The position numbers and the translations under genes are program-made. A stretch of 64,000 bases of DNA from Phycisphaerales bacterium (lineage in GTDB: Bacteria > Planctomycetota > Phycisphaerae > Phycisphaerales > UBA1924), in assembly GCA_965227775.1 (NCBI GenBank), contig OZ245777.1, forward strand, positions 1,440,001 through 1,504,000. The letters run 5' to 3'. Below, in pieces: positions 1-12,129 of the stretch (the stretch's first letter is position 1; the number at the start of each line of letters is the position of its first letter). The notes beneath the pieces were generated by a model. That model was not told the DNA's origin. It ran no database searches and worked only from the letters and a program-made list of their open reading frames with translations.

Positions 1-231
1 GTATCGCAGCGAGGCGGCGAAGTCCTGGCCATCGAAGATGGCAAAGTCGTTCTGCGTGTCGAGCAGGTCTTCCACGAGGTCGGGCACCGACGAGCCGCCA
101 ACCGACAGGCTGCCGACCATCGGGTCGTTGGCCACCACCATCACGCGGAAGAGGTCCTCACCCGCGGCGGTGGAGGGCAGGCACACGATTCCGGCTGCAG
201 CCAGCAGGCCCGCGGTCGTTGGTCGACGCAT
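1..231 (-). CDS. Secreted protein, N-terminal part only (continues beyond the left edge)
   Basis: Not in the ORF track. Reverse strand from ATG at 231 reads MRRPTTAGLLAAAGIVCLPSTAAG-EDLFRVMVVAND...FAASLRY and stays open to position 1. It has a Sec-type signal peptide and an SD-like AGAGGA (tcctct at 241-246). Confidence 0.7.
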   Translation of the reverse strand, partial: MRRPTTAGLLAAAGIVCLPSTAAGEDLFRVMVVANDPMVGSLSVGGSSVPDLVEDLLDTQNDFAIFDGQDFAASLRY

Positions 232-476
232 GGTCGGTTCTCCTCTGGGCGCCGGAGGCGCATTGGCGTCATCGGGTCACGCGATCCATGCGCGACCCGT
301 CGTTTTATCGACGCCTCCATGCCCGTGGTTGAGCCAGCGTGTACTTTGCACGCCGATTTCTGCGGACGCGCAAAGGCTGCGGCCATACGATGACCCCCGG
401 GGCCCGATTCGGGTGCCCTCACCCCGCTCACGGCGAGCACGAACCGGTCTGGATGACCCCCGGAGGTGGCCTCGGG

Positions 477-4028
<3,552 letters not shown>

Positions 4029-4414
4029 GCATCTGGGTAATCTGAGCCCGAGCACGAAGCAACCATTTTCTGGTGTGCGATTGCCCGTCGTTGTGTGGCC
4101 CGAAAACGGCTTCACACGCCCTGGCGGTCACGTGCGGCCGATCGGGCTTCTCAGATTCTTGCTCGCACCGTGCAGATTGGGTACGCGTCGCGACGGGTCG
4201 CAACCGGTGATCCGTCCTTGTGTATAGAAAGCGGCAAGATCGAATCCCAACGACGGAGAGATGTTGGGACGCACGACTGCCGGAGCGAACGAGGCCCGAC
4301 CTGGCCGCACGAACTCGCCCCCGAGCCCGGGGACGCCGAAGGCTCCGACGTGTTGAAATGCTGCTCACGGATGGCCACGACCGGACGGGCAACCCGGTGT
4401 AAAGGACTCTCTGC

Positions 4415-5395
4415 ATGCGGATGAGCGAGCGTGGTGCGTCGGGGTTGCATCGTCTGCGCGGCAGGCCCGGGCTGAGCCCGAATGAGTTGGTCGTGGCCGA
4501 TCGTGATTGGCTGCACGGTCGCTTCCGCTTGTCCGTTGATTCGCCCAACTTTGCCAACACCGGGCCGATCTTCTGGCCCACGGTCGTCTTTGCGCGCGAT
4601 CCGGTGATCATCACGCAAGAGGGCGCCGAGCCGGTCGTCGCCGACCCGAACACGACCATGGTCTACAACGCCATGCGGCCGTACACCCGCGAGGCGCTGA
4701 CCGATCGCGGCGATCGCTGCGAGTGGTTCAGCGTGGCGCCGCACTTGGCGATGGAGATCGCCCGCAGCCTGGGCTTCAAGGCCGATAACCCCGAATCGCT
4801 CGTGCCCTTCACGCATGCGACGTGCCCGCCCGAGCTCTACCGAGACCAGCGGCGCCTGAGCCACAGCCTCGCCGCCGCAGAGTCGGATCCGCTGGGACTT
4901 GGCGAGGCGGTGCTCGACGTTTTTCGCCGCGCGCTCGAGCCGGGCGTGGGTACTCGTCGGCGTCGCTCGGCCGCGACGACAGAGCCAACCCGCCGCGCGC
5001 ACCGCGACCTTGCCGAGAGTGCTAAGGCCGTGCTCGCCCAGCGCTACGCCGATCGCTTGACGCTCGACGAGCTGTCCGACGAACTCGAGGTCTCGCCCTT
5101 CCATCTCGCGCGCACCTTCAGGCATTGGACGGGCCAAACCGTGCACAAGTACCTGACGGCATTGCGCATTGCGGCTGCGCTCGACTTTATTGCGCAGGGC
5201 ATGCCGCTCAACGAGGTTGCCGCGTGCACGGGCTTTAGCAGCCACAGCCACTTCACGCAGACCTTTGGCTGCCTTCTTGGCGAGAGTCCCTCGGCGTGGC
5301 GACGCAAGATCATGCGGCCTGCCGTTGCCAATCCGCCATCCGAGCGGTCAACGACCGGCGTGCCGCCCACCGCCGAATTTCACGACGCCGGATAG
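4415..5395 (+). CDS. AraC/XylS-family transcriptional regulator
   Basis: C-terminal double HTH: LTLDELSDELEVSPFHLARTFR...LRI...VAACTGFSSHSHFTQTF...GESPSAWR. The start could be 4421. Confidence 0.9.
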   Translation: MRMSERGASGLHRLRGRPGLSPNELVVADRDWLHGRFRLSVDSPNFANTGPIFWPTVVFARDPVIITQEGAEPVVADPNTTMVYNAMRPYTREALTDRGDRCEWFSVAPHLAMEIARSLGFKADNPESLVPFTHATCPPELYRDQRRLSHSLAAAESDPLGLGEAVLDVFRRALEPGVGTRRRRSAATTEPTRRAHRDLAESAKAVLAQRYADRLTLDELSDELEVSPFHLARTFRHWTGQTVHKYLTALRIAAALDFIAQGMPLNEVAACTGFSSHSHFTQTFGCLLGESPSAWRRKIMRPAVANPPSERSTTGVPPTAEFHDAG

Positions 5396-6225
5396 GTGCA
5401 TCGTGTCCGGTCGGTCTCCCACACCGTGACTTCCAGCAGCTTCGCGCCCGAGCCGGTCGCGTCAATTGCATTGCCCAGCCGCTGGTAGCAGGCGCGGGCA
5501 ATGTGCTCGACGCTGGGGTTCACGCCCGCCTGGCTGAAGTCCGGCGGGTCGGTGTTCAGGTTCGTGTGATCGAACGCGGCGATGATCGTCTCGTCGGCCA
5601 GCCGCTCGAGATCAAGCATCGTGAATGGCATCGGGCCGGACCCAGGCAGCGGCGCTTCCACAGCCGGCTCGACCTGGTAGTTGTGGCCGTGCCCGCTCGG
5701 ATTGTTGCACTTGCCGAAGAGCCTGCGATTCTCCTCATCGCTGAGCGTGTCGACGTGCAGGCGGTGGGCCGCGGCGAAGTCGAAGCGTTGGCGCAAGACA
5801 ACGGTGGTGGCGGATAACGCGTTCATGGTGATGCTCGAATAGGGGGTCAGGTTCCAGCGCAGTGCGGCCAGCGTGACGGGCAGCGCCGCTTCCAAGTCAA
5901 CCATGAGCTCGGGCAGGAGCGTTGCCGGCTCGCGGGCAGGGTCGTCATGGCAGGCCAGCGAGATCAGCGGAACGACCGCATCGCGTACGGCCCGATCGAT
6001 CGCTTTGATATCAATGAGGTAGCCCGTGACCGGGTCCGGCACGCCGCGAGCGGTCACGTCGACGCTGTAGTACCTGCCTAGACCTCGCATCGCCGGCTTG
6101 GCGGCATAGCCGTTGGGGTCAGTGGCGATCTGCGAGGCAGGATCCCCGAACGAGCGGTCGTTCACGCAGAATCGCGTGGTGCGGATGAGTTCGATGGTGC
6201 CATCGGTTGGTTCGTTTCCGGTCAC
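5380..6225 (-). CDS. Tandem two-domain 6-pyruvoyltetrahydropterin synthase/QueD-family protein
   Basis: The C-terminal domain has FAAAHRL...GKCNNPSGHGHNY...DHTNLN...PSVEHIA...WETD. The N-terminal half is a degenerate copy (GVPDPVTGYLIDIK). Start set to GTG 6225; the longer ORF to 6735 overlaps the GPx gene antisense. Confidence 0.88.
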   Translation of the reverse strand: MTGNEPTDGTIELIRTTRFCVNDRSFGDPASQIATDPNGYAAKPAMRGLGRYYSVDVTARGVPDPVTGYLIDIKAIDRAVRDAVVPLISLACHDDPAREPATLLPELMVDLEAALPVTLAALRWNLTPYSSITMNALSATTVVLRQRFDFAAAHRLHVDTLSDEENRRLFGKCNNPSGHGHNYQVEPAVEAPLPGSGPMPFTMLDLERLADETIIAAFDHTNLNTDPPDFSQAGVNPSVEHIARACYQRLGNAIDATGSGAKLLEVTVWETDRTRCTYPAS

Positions 6226-6289
6226 TACCGAGGGTAGTACGATGGCCCGGCAGCGCGGCCCGTTGCAGGTCGCGGGAGGAGGAACACCC

Positions 6290-6952
6290 ATGCCCCACGG
6301 AACACCCAGGACTCTCACGCGTGCAGGAACGGCGCTCGGCCTCGGGCTTCTGATCGCACTTTCGGGCTGCTCGGGAGACGGCAACGGCCACGACGACGAG
6401 TCGATGCGTTCGACCGCCCAGCAGCCCGCCGCCGACGATCGTTCTGCCCAGGAGCAATCCGCCATGACCGAAACCCAGCAATCGGGCCCCTCCGTCCGTG
6501 GCGTCCGCTTCGAGATGGCCGACGGCTCGCTCGCGACCATGGACGAATTCCAGGGCCAGGTCGTGCTCGTCGTCAACACCGCCAGCCGCTGCGGGCTCAC
6601 GCCCCAGGTCGGCCAGCTCGAGACACTGCAGCAGGCCAACGCGGGCAAGCCATTCACGGTGCTCGCCTTCCCGAGCGCGAGCTTCAACCAGGAGCCGCTC
6701 GCTTCGGCCGAGGCCGCGAGCTTCTGCGCCGACATGGGCGCGACCTACCCCGTCGCCGCCAAGATCGACGTGAAGGGTGACGCGGCCCACCCCCTCTTCG
6801 CGACGCTCAGCGAGCAGGGCGGCGAGCCCACCTGGAACTTCACCAAGTACCTCGTCGACAAGGACGGCAACGTCATTGCCCGCTTCGATCCGAGGACCGA
6901 GCCGACAGACCCGGCCATCCAGTCGGCGATCGACGCGGCGCTGCGGGGCTGA
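6290..6952 (+). CDS. Glutathione peroxidase family protein with lipoprotein signal peptide
   Basis: Motifs VVNTASRCGLTPQ, FPSASFNQE and WNFTKYLVD. ATG 6290 follows a GGAGGAGG SD. N-terminus ...LGLGLLIALSGC carries a lipobox. Confidence 0.9.
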   Translation: MPHGTPRTLTRAGTALGLGLLIALSGCSGDGNGHDDESMRSTAQQPAADDRSAQEQSAMTETQQSGPSVRGVRFEMADGSLATMDEFQGQVVLVVNTASRCGLTPQVGQLETLQQANAGKPFTVLAFPSASFNQEPLASAEAASFCADMGATYPVAAKIDVKGDAAHPLFATLSEQGGEPTWNFTKYLVDKDGNVIARFDPRTEPTDPAIQSAIDAALRG

Positions 6953-7155
6953 CGTTCAGCACAAGATGTACCTGAGCGAATTCGAGGGCGAGCGCGAGCA
7001 GTTCGCCGCGTTTGCGCCCGAGTCCCTGCCGGGGTGCATCCTGATCTTCGAGCGTCTCGGCGACAGCGATGGCGAACGAACCATCTTCAACTGTCTGACA
7101 CTCCAGAGTCGGTTCGCGGTGGGATCTAGCGAAGGCGCGGGCTCTACCCTCGGAG

Positions 7156-7839
7156 ATGGCAACGCGGCCGCCCCGCCTTGTGACGATCAGGCTTGCGTTC
7201 GCTGCGGCGCTCGCGGGCGTGTTGCTGGCGCTGCTGACCTCGCTGGTCGCGGCACTTGCGACGAACATCGCCGTTGCCGCCGGCAACGCTCGGACGATCC
7301 AAGAAGACCTATTCATTGGCAGCCATCTGGTCGTGACGACCAGGAGCCTGACTACGTTCGGAACGGTCTGGGAGCGGGCCGTGACGCCGTTGCATCCTGG
7401 CAGTCGCATGATCGTGTCGATTCCTGACTCTCCAGCCAGTGCACGAGTCTTCGATCGGGTACCACAGAACATCTGGCTGGAGCGCGACGGAAACCGACGC
7501 ACCGCCTCGCTCTGGCTCGCAGGCTGGCCCATGCGATCGATCTACGGCGTGCAACGCACCGGGCCCACGCCGCAGACGGTGCATAGGTTCGCGATGGTTG
7601 AGCCGACGCTCCTTGGGAGTCAGTGGTCACTTCCGTTCATGCCCTACGTTCCCGGCCTTGTCGCGAACTCAAGCGTCTTCGGGGGGCTCGCGTTGATGAT
7701 CATGATGCTCGCACGCTGGTTGCGAACACGACGGCGCGCCGCGATCGGGTTGTGCATCGCCTGCGGCTACAACGTTGGCAAAGGCATCCAGGCCTGTCCC
7801 GAGTGCGGCCTAGCGGGCGAAGAATTGAGGCAGGAATAG
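7156..7839 (+). CDS. Membrane protein with C-terminal CxxC...CPECG zinc ribbon (paralogue 1)
   Basis: N-terminal TM, GWP motif, second TM, then RTRRRAAIGLCIACGYNVGKGIQACPECG. Confidence 0.8.
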   Translation: MATRPPRLVTIRLAFAAALAGVLLALLTSLVAALATNIAVAAGNARTIQEDLFIGSHLVVTTRSLTTFGTVWERAVTPLHPGSRMIVSIPDSPASARVFDRVPQNIWLERDGNRRTASLWLAGWPMRSIYGVQRTGPTPQTVHRFAMVEPTLLGSQWSLPFMPYVPGLVANSSVFGGLALMIMMLARWLRTRRRAAIGLCIACGYNVGKGIQACPECGLAGEELRQE

Positions 7840-7842
7840 CCG

Positions 7843-8547
7843 ATGGCACCGCGTCGCTCACGCATCGTTACGGTTCGGATGGTGGCAACGTCGCTGGCGC
7901 TGGGCTTGTTGCTCGCGGTCTTGAGCGTGCCATTGAGCGCGGCCCTACTGAATCATCAGGCTCGTTTCGTGCCGCAGACGGGTACCAACTGGCCGACGTT
8001 CGCGCTCGCCGAGTACTTCAAGCAAGATGGGCACGTCGTGCTTGTGTTGCGGCAGGAGTTCCTGACTGGCACGACATGGGAGTCGAGCGTGTCGCCCGAG
8101 AGCTCGACACTCACGCTACATCGCGTCGCGGGCACCCTCAACGCAAAACTCGTCCAGCGCGATGCCCGGCCCAAAGCCATTCGGGCACCGCTCGATGGCC
8201 GGGATCACACGCGCTACGCGATCAGCGTCGGGTGGCCCTTCGAGGCAGCCGTCGGCACGCGCGGGTGGTCGATGGGCGGTCCGGCGGTGCAGCGATCGGG
8301 TCTGGCCTCGATCCGCCTCTTTGGTCACTGGTGGAGCGTGCCCTACCGGCCGCTTTGGCTCGGCCTGCTAGGCAACACGCTGTTCTATGCCGCGATCGCG
8401 TTCGCCGTTCTCGTGTGGTGGCGTGTTCACCGGATTCGCCGCCGCACGAGCGCGGGCTGCTGCATCGACTGCGGATACGAGTTGGGAGAAGGTGTATCGA
8501 TCTGCCCCGAGTGCGGGCTTGCCTCGCCCGCTCCGGCCAACGCCTGA
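7843..8547 (+). CDS. Membrane protein with C-terminal CxxC...CPECG zinc ribbon (paralogue 2)
   Basis: Same architecture as 7156..7839, ending RIRRRTSAGCCIDCGYELGEGVSICPECG. Confidence 0.8.
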   Translation: MAPRRSRIVTVRMVATSLALGLLLAVLSVPLSAALLNHQARFVPQTGTNWPTFALAEYFKQDGHVVLVLRQEFLTGTTWESSVSPESSTLTLHRVAGTLNAKLVQRDARPKAIRAPLDGRDHTRYAISVGWPFEAAVGTRGWSMGGPAVQRSGLASIRLFGHWWSVPYRPLWLGLLGNTLFYAAIAFAVLVWWRVHRIRRRTSAGCCIDCGYELGEGVSICPECGLASPAPANA

Positions 8548-8589
8548 CGCCCGATCCGCAGTGCCCTCCGCCTTCGCGTAAACTGACGC

Positions 8590-9780
8590 ATGCCCACCTT
8601 CCGCTATCAGGCCGTCGACGCGAACGGGCAGGCCGTGGCCGGCACGCTCGCGGGAGCGAGCGAGGCGGCGATCCTTGGCGAACTCGCCGAGCGCAGCCTC
8701 GTGCCGGTGGAGGTCGTGGCTCAGAAACCTAAGGCGTCTTTCCGCAAGAAGGGCCTGGGCCCCCGCCAACTCGCGACTGCTTATCAGCAGGTCGCTGACC
8801 TTTTGCGCGCGGGCGTGCCCCTGATGCGCGCCATTACGCTGCTGGCCAGAGGCAAGAGCAAGCCTCGGCGGGCCGAGATCTTCCGGCAGCTGGCCGAGGG
8901 CGTGTCCCGCGGCGAGGAACTCGCCGATGCGATGGCGGCCCAAGAGGGTGTATTCCCCCAGACCCATATCGCGATGGTGCGCGCGGGCGAGAAGGGCGGC
9001 AGCCTCGAGCCGGTCCTGGTGCGACTGGCCGGAATGGTCAAGGCCCAGGCCGAGCTGCGTGCCAAGCTGTTCGGTGCGCTCGCGTATCCAGCGGTGCTCG
9101 TATTCGTCGGCGTGGGGGTGCTCGGGCTGATTTTCGGGCTGTTTCTGCCCATGTTCGGCGACGTGCTCGAGCAGGTCGACCCGATGCCGGCCATCACTGT
9201 GGCACTGTTTGCGATTAGCGCCGCCGTCACCAGCAAGGGGCCGATCACGGCCATCGTGCTGGCGGTACTCGCGATCATCGCGTGGCGATTGAGCAAGAGG
9301 CAGGACGTTTCCAGGGCGATCGCGGTCGCTCGGACCAAGGCGCCGGTCCTCGGGCCGCTCGTGCGATCGATTGCAGTCGCCCGCTTCTGCCGGACATTCG
9401 GCACGATGCTCGCCAACGGCGTGCCGGTGCTGGCCGCCATGCGCATCGCCGAGGACGCCGCCGGTAACGTGCTCCTGAAGGAGGCGGTTGCCGAGGCGGC
9501 CGAGGCGGTCAAGGCGGGCGAACCCCTGGCCGGGCCGCTGGGCATCAGCGGGCTGTTCGATGAGGACGTGATCGAGATGATCTCGGTGGGCGAGAGCGCC
9601 AACAACCTGGCCGACGTGCTGGAGACCATCGCCGAGACGATCGAGTCCCGGGTCGAGCGGCTTCTTTCGACCGCCGTTGCCCTGGTGGGCCCCATGATGC
9701 TGCTGGGGCTGGCGGTTGTGGTCGCATTTGTGGCTATCGGACTGATCTTGCCGATGCTGCAACTCAGCGACGTCAGTTGA
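8590..9780 (+). CDS. gspF: Type II secretion system inner-membrane platform protein F (GspF/PilC family)
   Basis: MPTFRYQAVDANGQ start. Duplicated T2SSF domains (LLRAGVPL...MVRAGEKGGSL...ALAYP; MLANGVPV...MISVGESANNL). Confidence 0.95.
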   Translation: MPTFRYQAVDANGQAVAGTLAGASEAAILGELAERSLVPVEVVAQKPKASFRKKGLGPRQLATAYQQVADLLRAGVPLMRAITLLARGKSKPRRAEIFRQLAEGVSRGEELADAMAAQEGVFPQTHIAMVRAGEKGGSLEPVLVRLAGMVKAQAELRAKLFGALAYPAVLVFVGVGVLGLIFGLFLPMFGDVLEQVDPMPAITVALFAISAAVTSKGPITAIVLAVLAIIAWRLSKRQDVSRAIAVARTKAPVLGPLVRSIAVARFCRTFGTMLANGVPVLAAMRIAEDAAGNVLLKEAVAEAAEAVKAGEPLAGPLGISGLFDEDVIEMISVGESANNLADVLETIAETIESRVERLLSTAVALVGPMMLLGLAVVVAFVAIGLILPMLQLSDVS

Positions 9781-9959
9781 CTGGCGGGCTTTCGCGTGGG
9801 CTCGGGACGATCTCCCAGGAACTCCCTCGTTACGCCCGGCGGTAAGCTAGCGTAAACTAAGCCTGCGGGCCACTCGGCTCCGAGCGACACGCGAGCTTCG
9901 ACAAACGACAGGATGACACGCCGCGGGGTCGGAGCCCCGCTCGAAGGGGTGAAGGAACG

Positions 9960-10499
9960 ATGCAGACCCGACCGCACACCGCGACCGACCGTGGCGGCCT
10001 GAGCCGCAAGTCCAATTCCATCAAGCACTTGCGTCGACGGGCCTTCTCGCTGATCGAAATCATGATCGTTCTAGCCATCATCGTGATGATCAGCGGCCTG
10101 GTGGGCTTCGCCCTGCTCAGCCGCCGCGACGAGGCCAAGGTGAACGAGGCGGAGATCAAGATCAACACGCTCAAGGGCGCGCTGCTCGACTTCAACCGCC
10201 GCTATGGCCGCTACCCGACCGAGGATGAGGGCCTTGCCGTGCTGTGGAGCAGCTCGACGGTCGATCCGGAGCTCGAAGACCAGTGGTCCGAGTCGGTCAG
10301 CGAGTCGATGCCCAACGACCCCTGGGGCAATCCGTGGGAGTACAACCCCGAGGGCCTGCGCCGCGAGGGCTACTACGACCTCTCGAGCAACGGACCCGAC
10401 GGTGAGCCCGAGACCGAGGACGACATCTACGCGTGGGCCGAGGATGAAGAAGGCATGGGCGGCAGCGAGGGGCTGGCGCCACCGCCGCCCGCCGGCTGA
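9960..10499 (+). CDS. gspG: T2SS major pseudopilin G
   Basis: Prepilin motif RRRA|FSLIEIMIVLAII, plus GRYPTEDEGL, DPWGNPWEY and the Ca-loop SSNGPDGEPETEDDI typical of GspG. Confidence 0.93.
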   Translation: MQTRPHTATDRGGLSRKSNSIKHLRRRAFSLIEIMIVLAIIVMISGLVGFALLSRRDEAKVNEAEIKINTLKGALLDFNRRYGRYPTEDEGLAVLWSSSTVDPELEDQWSESVSESMPNDPWGNPWEYNPEGLRREGYYDLSSNGPDGEPETEDDIYAWAEDEEGMGGSEGLAPPPPAG

Positions 10500-10557
10500 T
10501 CGTCTGTTGCGATCGCCGAGTGGTTCGGCTCGCGTAGCTTGTGGAGGTGTCCGGACG

Positions 10558-11649
10558 ATGCGCCGCCGAGGCTTCACGCTCATCGAGGTGCTCGTGGCCC
10601 TCGGGCTGCTGGTGGTCATCTCGTCGCTGGCGCTGCCCGTCGCACTGACCAACACCGATGGAGCGCGCGCCCGGACGGCGGAGCGCATCCTGACGCTCTC
10701 GCCCGCCGTCGCGCGGGCCGAGGCGCAGCGGTCGGGCGTGCCCGTGGCTCTGGTGCTCGCTCCATCCGAAGACGGCCAGTCTCTGAGTTTGCTCGTTGTT
10801 CGCGAGCCCGACGCCGGCGCCGAGACCATCGAGGATCAACGCGCCGATCCCAACGACGCGTCGACCTGGCCGCGCGTGGATGAAGATCGCGACTTGCCCG
10901 AGGGTACCCGTTTGTGGCAGGGCAGGCTCGAGCAACTCGAGGCCTTTGAGGCCCAATCGGAAGCCCAAGCCGAGTCCGGGGACGGCTCGCCGCTGGAGAT
11001 GGCATTCACTGAGGATGACGAGGCCCCGCCGCCGCCTGGCGCTCTCGAAGCACCCGGCGACCCGATTGTGCTCGCCTGGTACCTGAGCGATGGTTCGGCC
11101 ATGGCGGGCGAGGCAACCGTGATTCGCCTGGCCGACGGTCGGGTTGTGCGTGTCCGGGTTGAGCCGCTCGTCGGCACGCTCGTGTTTATCCGCGCACCCG
11201 AGCTTGAAGAGCAGCCGCAGCGTCCGGAAGACCCCGAAGACGCGCCCGACGATGCATCCGAACCCGACGGACGCGCCGCGCCCGAGCGTCCAGATCGGAG
11301 TCTGTCATCGACTTCGCGCTTCGACGCACCCGAGTTTGATCGCCCGCAGTTCGACGAGTTGGAGTTCGATCGCCCGCAGTTTGATGCGCTCGACTTCGAT
11401 CGACCTGAGTTCGAGTCGCGCGGCATTGGTTCGCGCGGCTTCGAGTCTCGCGGATTCGAGTCCCGTGAGTTCGAGCAGCGCGAGTTCGAGTCGCTCGAAT
11501 TCGATGAGTTGCAGTTTGACGCGCTCGAGTTCGACGACCTCGACGCGGATGACCAGTCGAGCGGGTCAGGCGACGATCCCCAGGCCAACGAGCAACCCGA
11601 CCGGACCGATCCGGAGCCCCCCCAGCCGAGACCCATGCAGACGAGATAG
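10558..11649 (+). CDS. Minor pseudopilin (GspH/FimT-like) with long acidic C-terminal repeat tail
   Basis: MRRRG|FTLIEVLVALGLL with a GGAGG SD upstream of ATG 10558. ARAEAQRSGVPVAL resembles the FimT/GspH helix. Confidence 0.8.
   Translation: MRRRGFTLIEVLVALGLLVVISSLALPVALTNTDGARARTAERILTLSPAVARAEAQRSGVPVALVLAPSEDGQSLSLLVVREPDAGAETIEDQRADPNDASTWPRVDEDRDLPEGTRLWQGRLEQLEAFEAQSEAQAESGDGSPLEMAFTEDDEAPPPPGALEAPGDPIVLAWYLSDGSAMAGEATVIRLADGRVVRVRVEPLVGTLVFIRAPELEEQPQRPEDPEDAPDDASEPDGRAAPERPDRSLSSTSRFDAPEFDRPQFDELEFDRPQFDALDFDRPEFESRGIGSRGFESRGFESREFEQREFESLEFDELQFDALEFDDLDADDQSSGSGDDPQANEQPDRTDPEPPQPRPMQTR
11320..11544 (+). repeat. Fifteen degenerate 15-bp tandem units encoding (F-D/E-x-x-x)15
   Basis: FDAPE FDRPQ FDELE FDRPQ FDALD FDRPE FESRG IGSRG FESRG FESRE FEQRE FESLE FDELQ FDALE FDDLD, read directly from the ORF. 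Confidence 0.92.
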
Positions 11650-11652
11650 ACG

Positions 11653-12129
11653 ATGCCAGCCAGCACGCGGCGGAGCCGCAGGCCAACCAAGCGACAAGGA
11701 CGTCGACGCGAGCACCCACGCCGTGGGTTCGTGCTGCTCGACCTCGTGCTTGCGCTGGCGATGTTCGTCGTTGGTGGGCTGGCGATTCTCAGCCAGCTCG
11801 ACTTCGGGGCCCGCCGCATCATCGACGCCGAGCATCGGATGGGCGCCACCGGCATCGCGCGCACCGCCCTGGGCTTGCTCGAGAGCGGTGCGATGAGTGA
11901 TCGCGAATTGACCGGGCCCGCGAGCGCCTGGGCGTCGCCCGCCACCGAGAGCGCCGGGTTCGACGCGCCGAGCGACTGGATGTGCGAGGTCGACCTGGAG
12001 CCAAGCGAGTGGCCCGGCCTCTCGCTCGCGACGGTGCGCGTGCGCCGCATCGAAGCCGCCGGCGAGGGACCCGTGCTCGCGACGCTCCGCCAACTCGTGC
12101 CGATGGACGGCGCGGGGGGTGGGCTATGA
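11653..12129 (+). CDS. Minor pseudopilin (GspI-like)
   Basis: Basic leader followed by RRG|FVLLDLVLALAMF. Short pilin body ending in beta strands (PGLSLATVRVRR). Position between the H- and J-like genes. Confidence 0.75.
   Translation: MPASTRRSRRPTKRQGRRREHPRRGFVLLDLVLALAMFVVGGLAILSQLDFGARRIIDAEHRMGATGIARTALGLLESGAMSDRELTGPASAWASPATESAGFDAPSDWMCEVDLEPSEWPGLSLATVRVRRIEAAGEGPVLATLRQLVPMDGAGGGL

Noticed and set aside
4230..4300. Resemblance to a c-di-GMP-I riboswitch (GGCAA...GGGACGCA)
   Set aside because: It lacks the GGCAAAC core, a GNRA-capped stem and the GCAAAG junction.
6226..6735. N-terminal extension of the PTPS ORF
   Set aside because: Antisense to the GPx gene. A -10-like box sits just before GTG 6225.
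11320..11544. Possible CRISPR array or classical A(D/N)LXX pentapeptide-repeat protein
   Set aside because: There are no spacers, the units are degenerate and in frame, and the F-(D/E)-x-x-x consensus with Pro does not fit the classical Rfr pattern.
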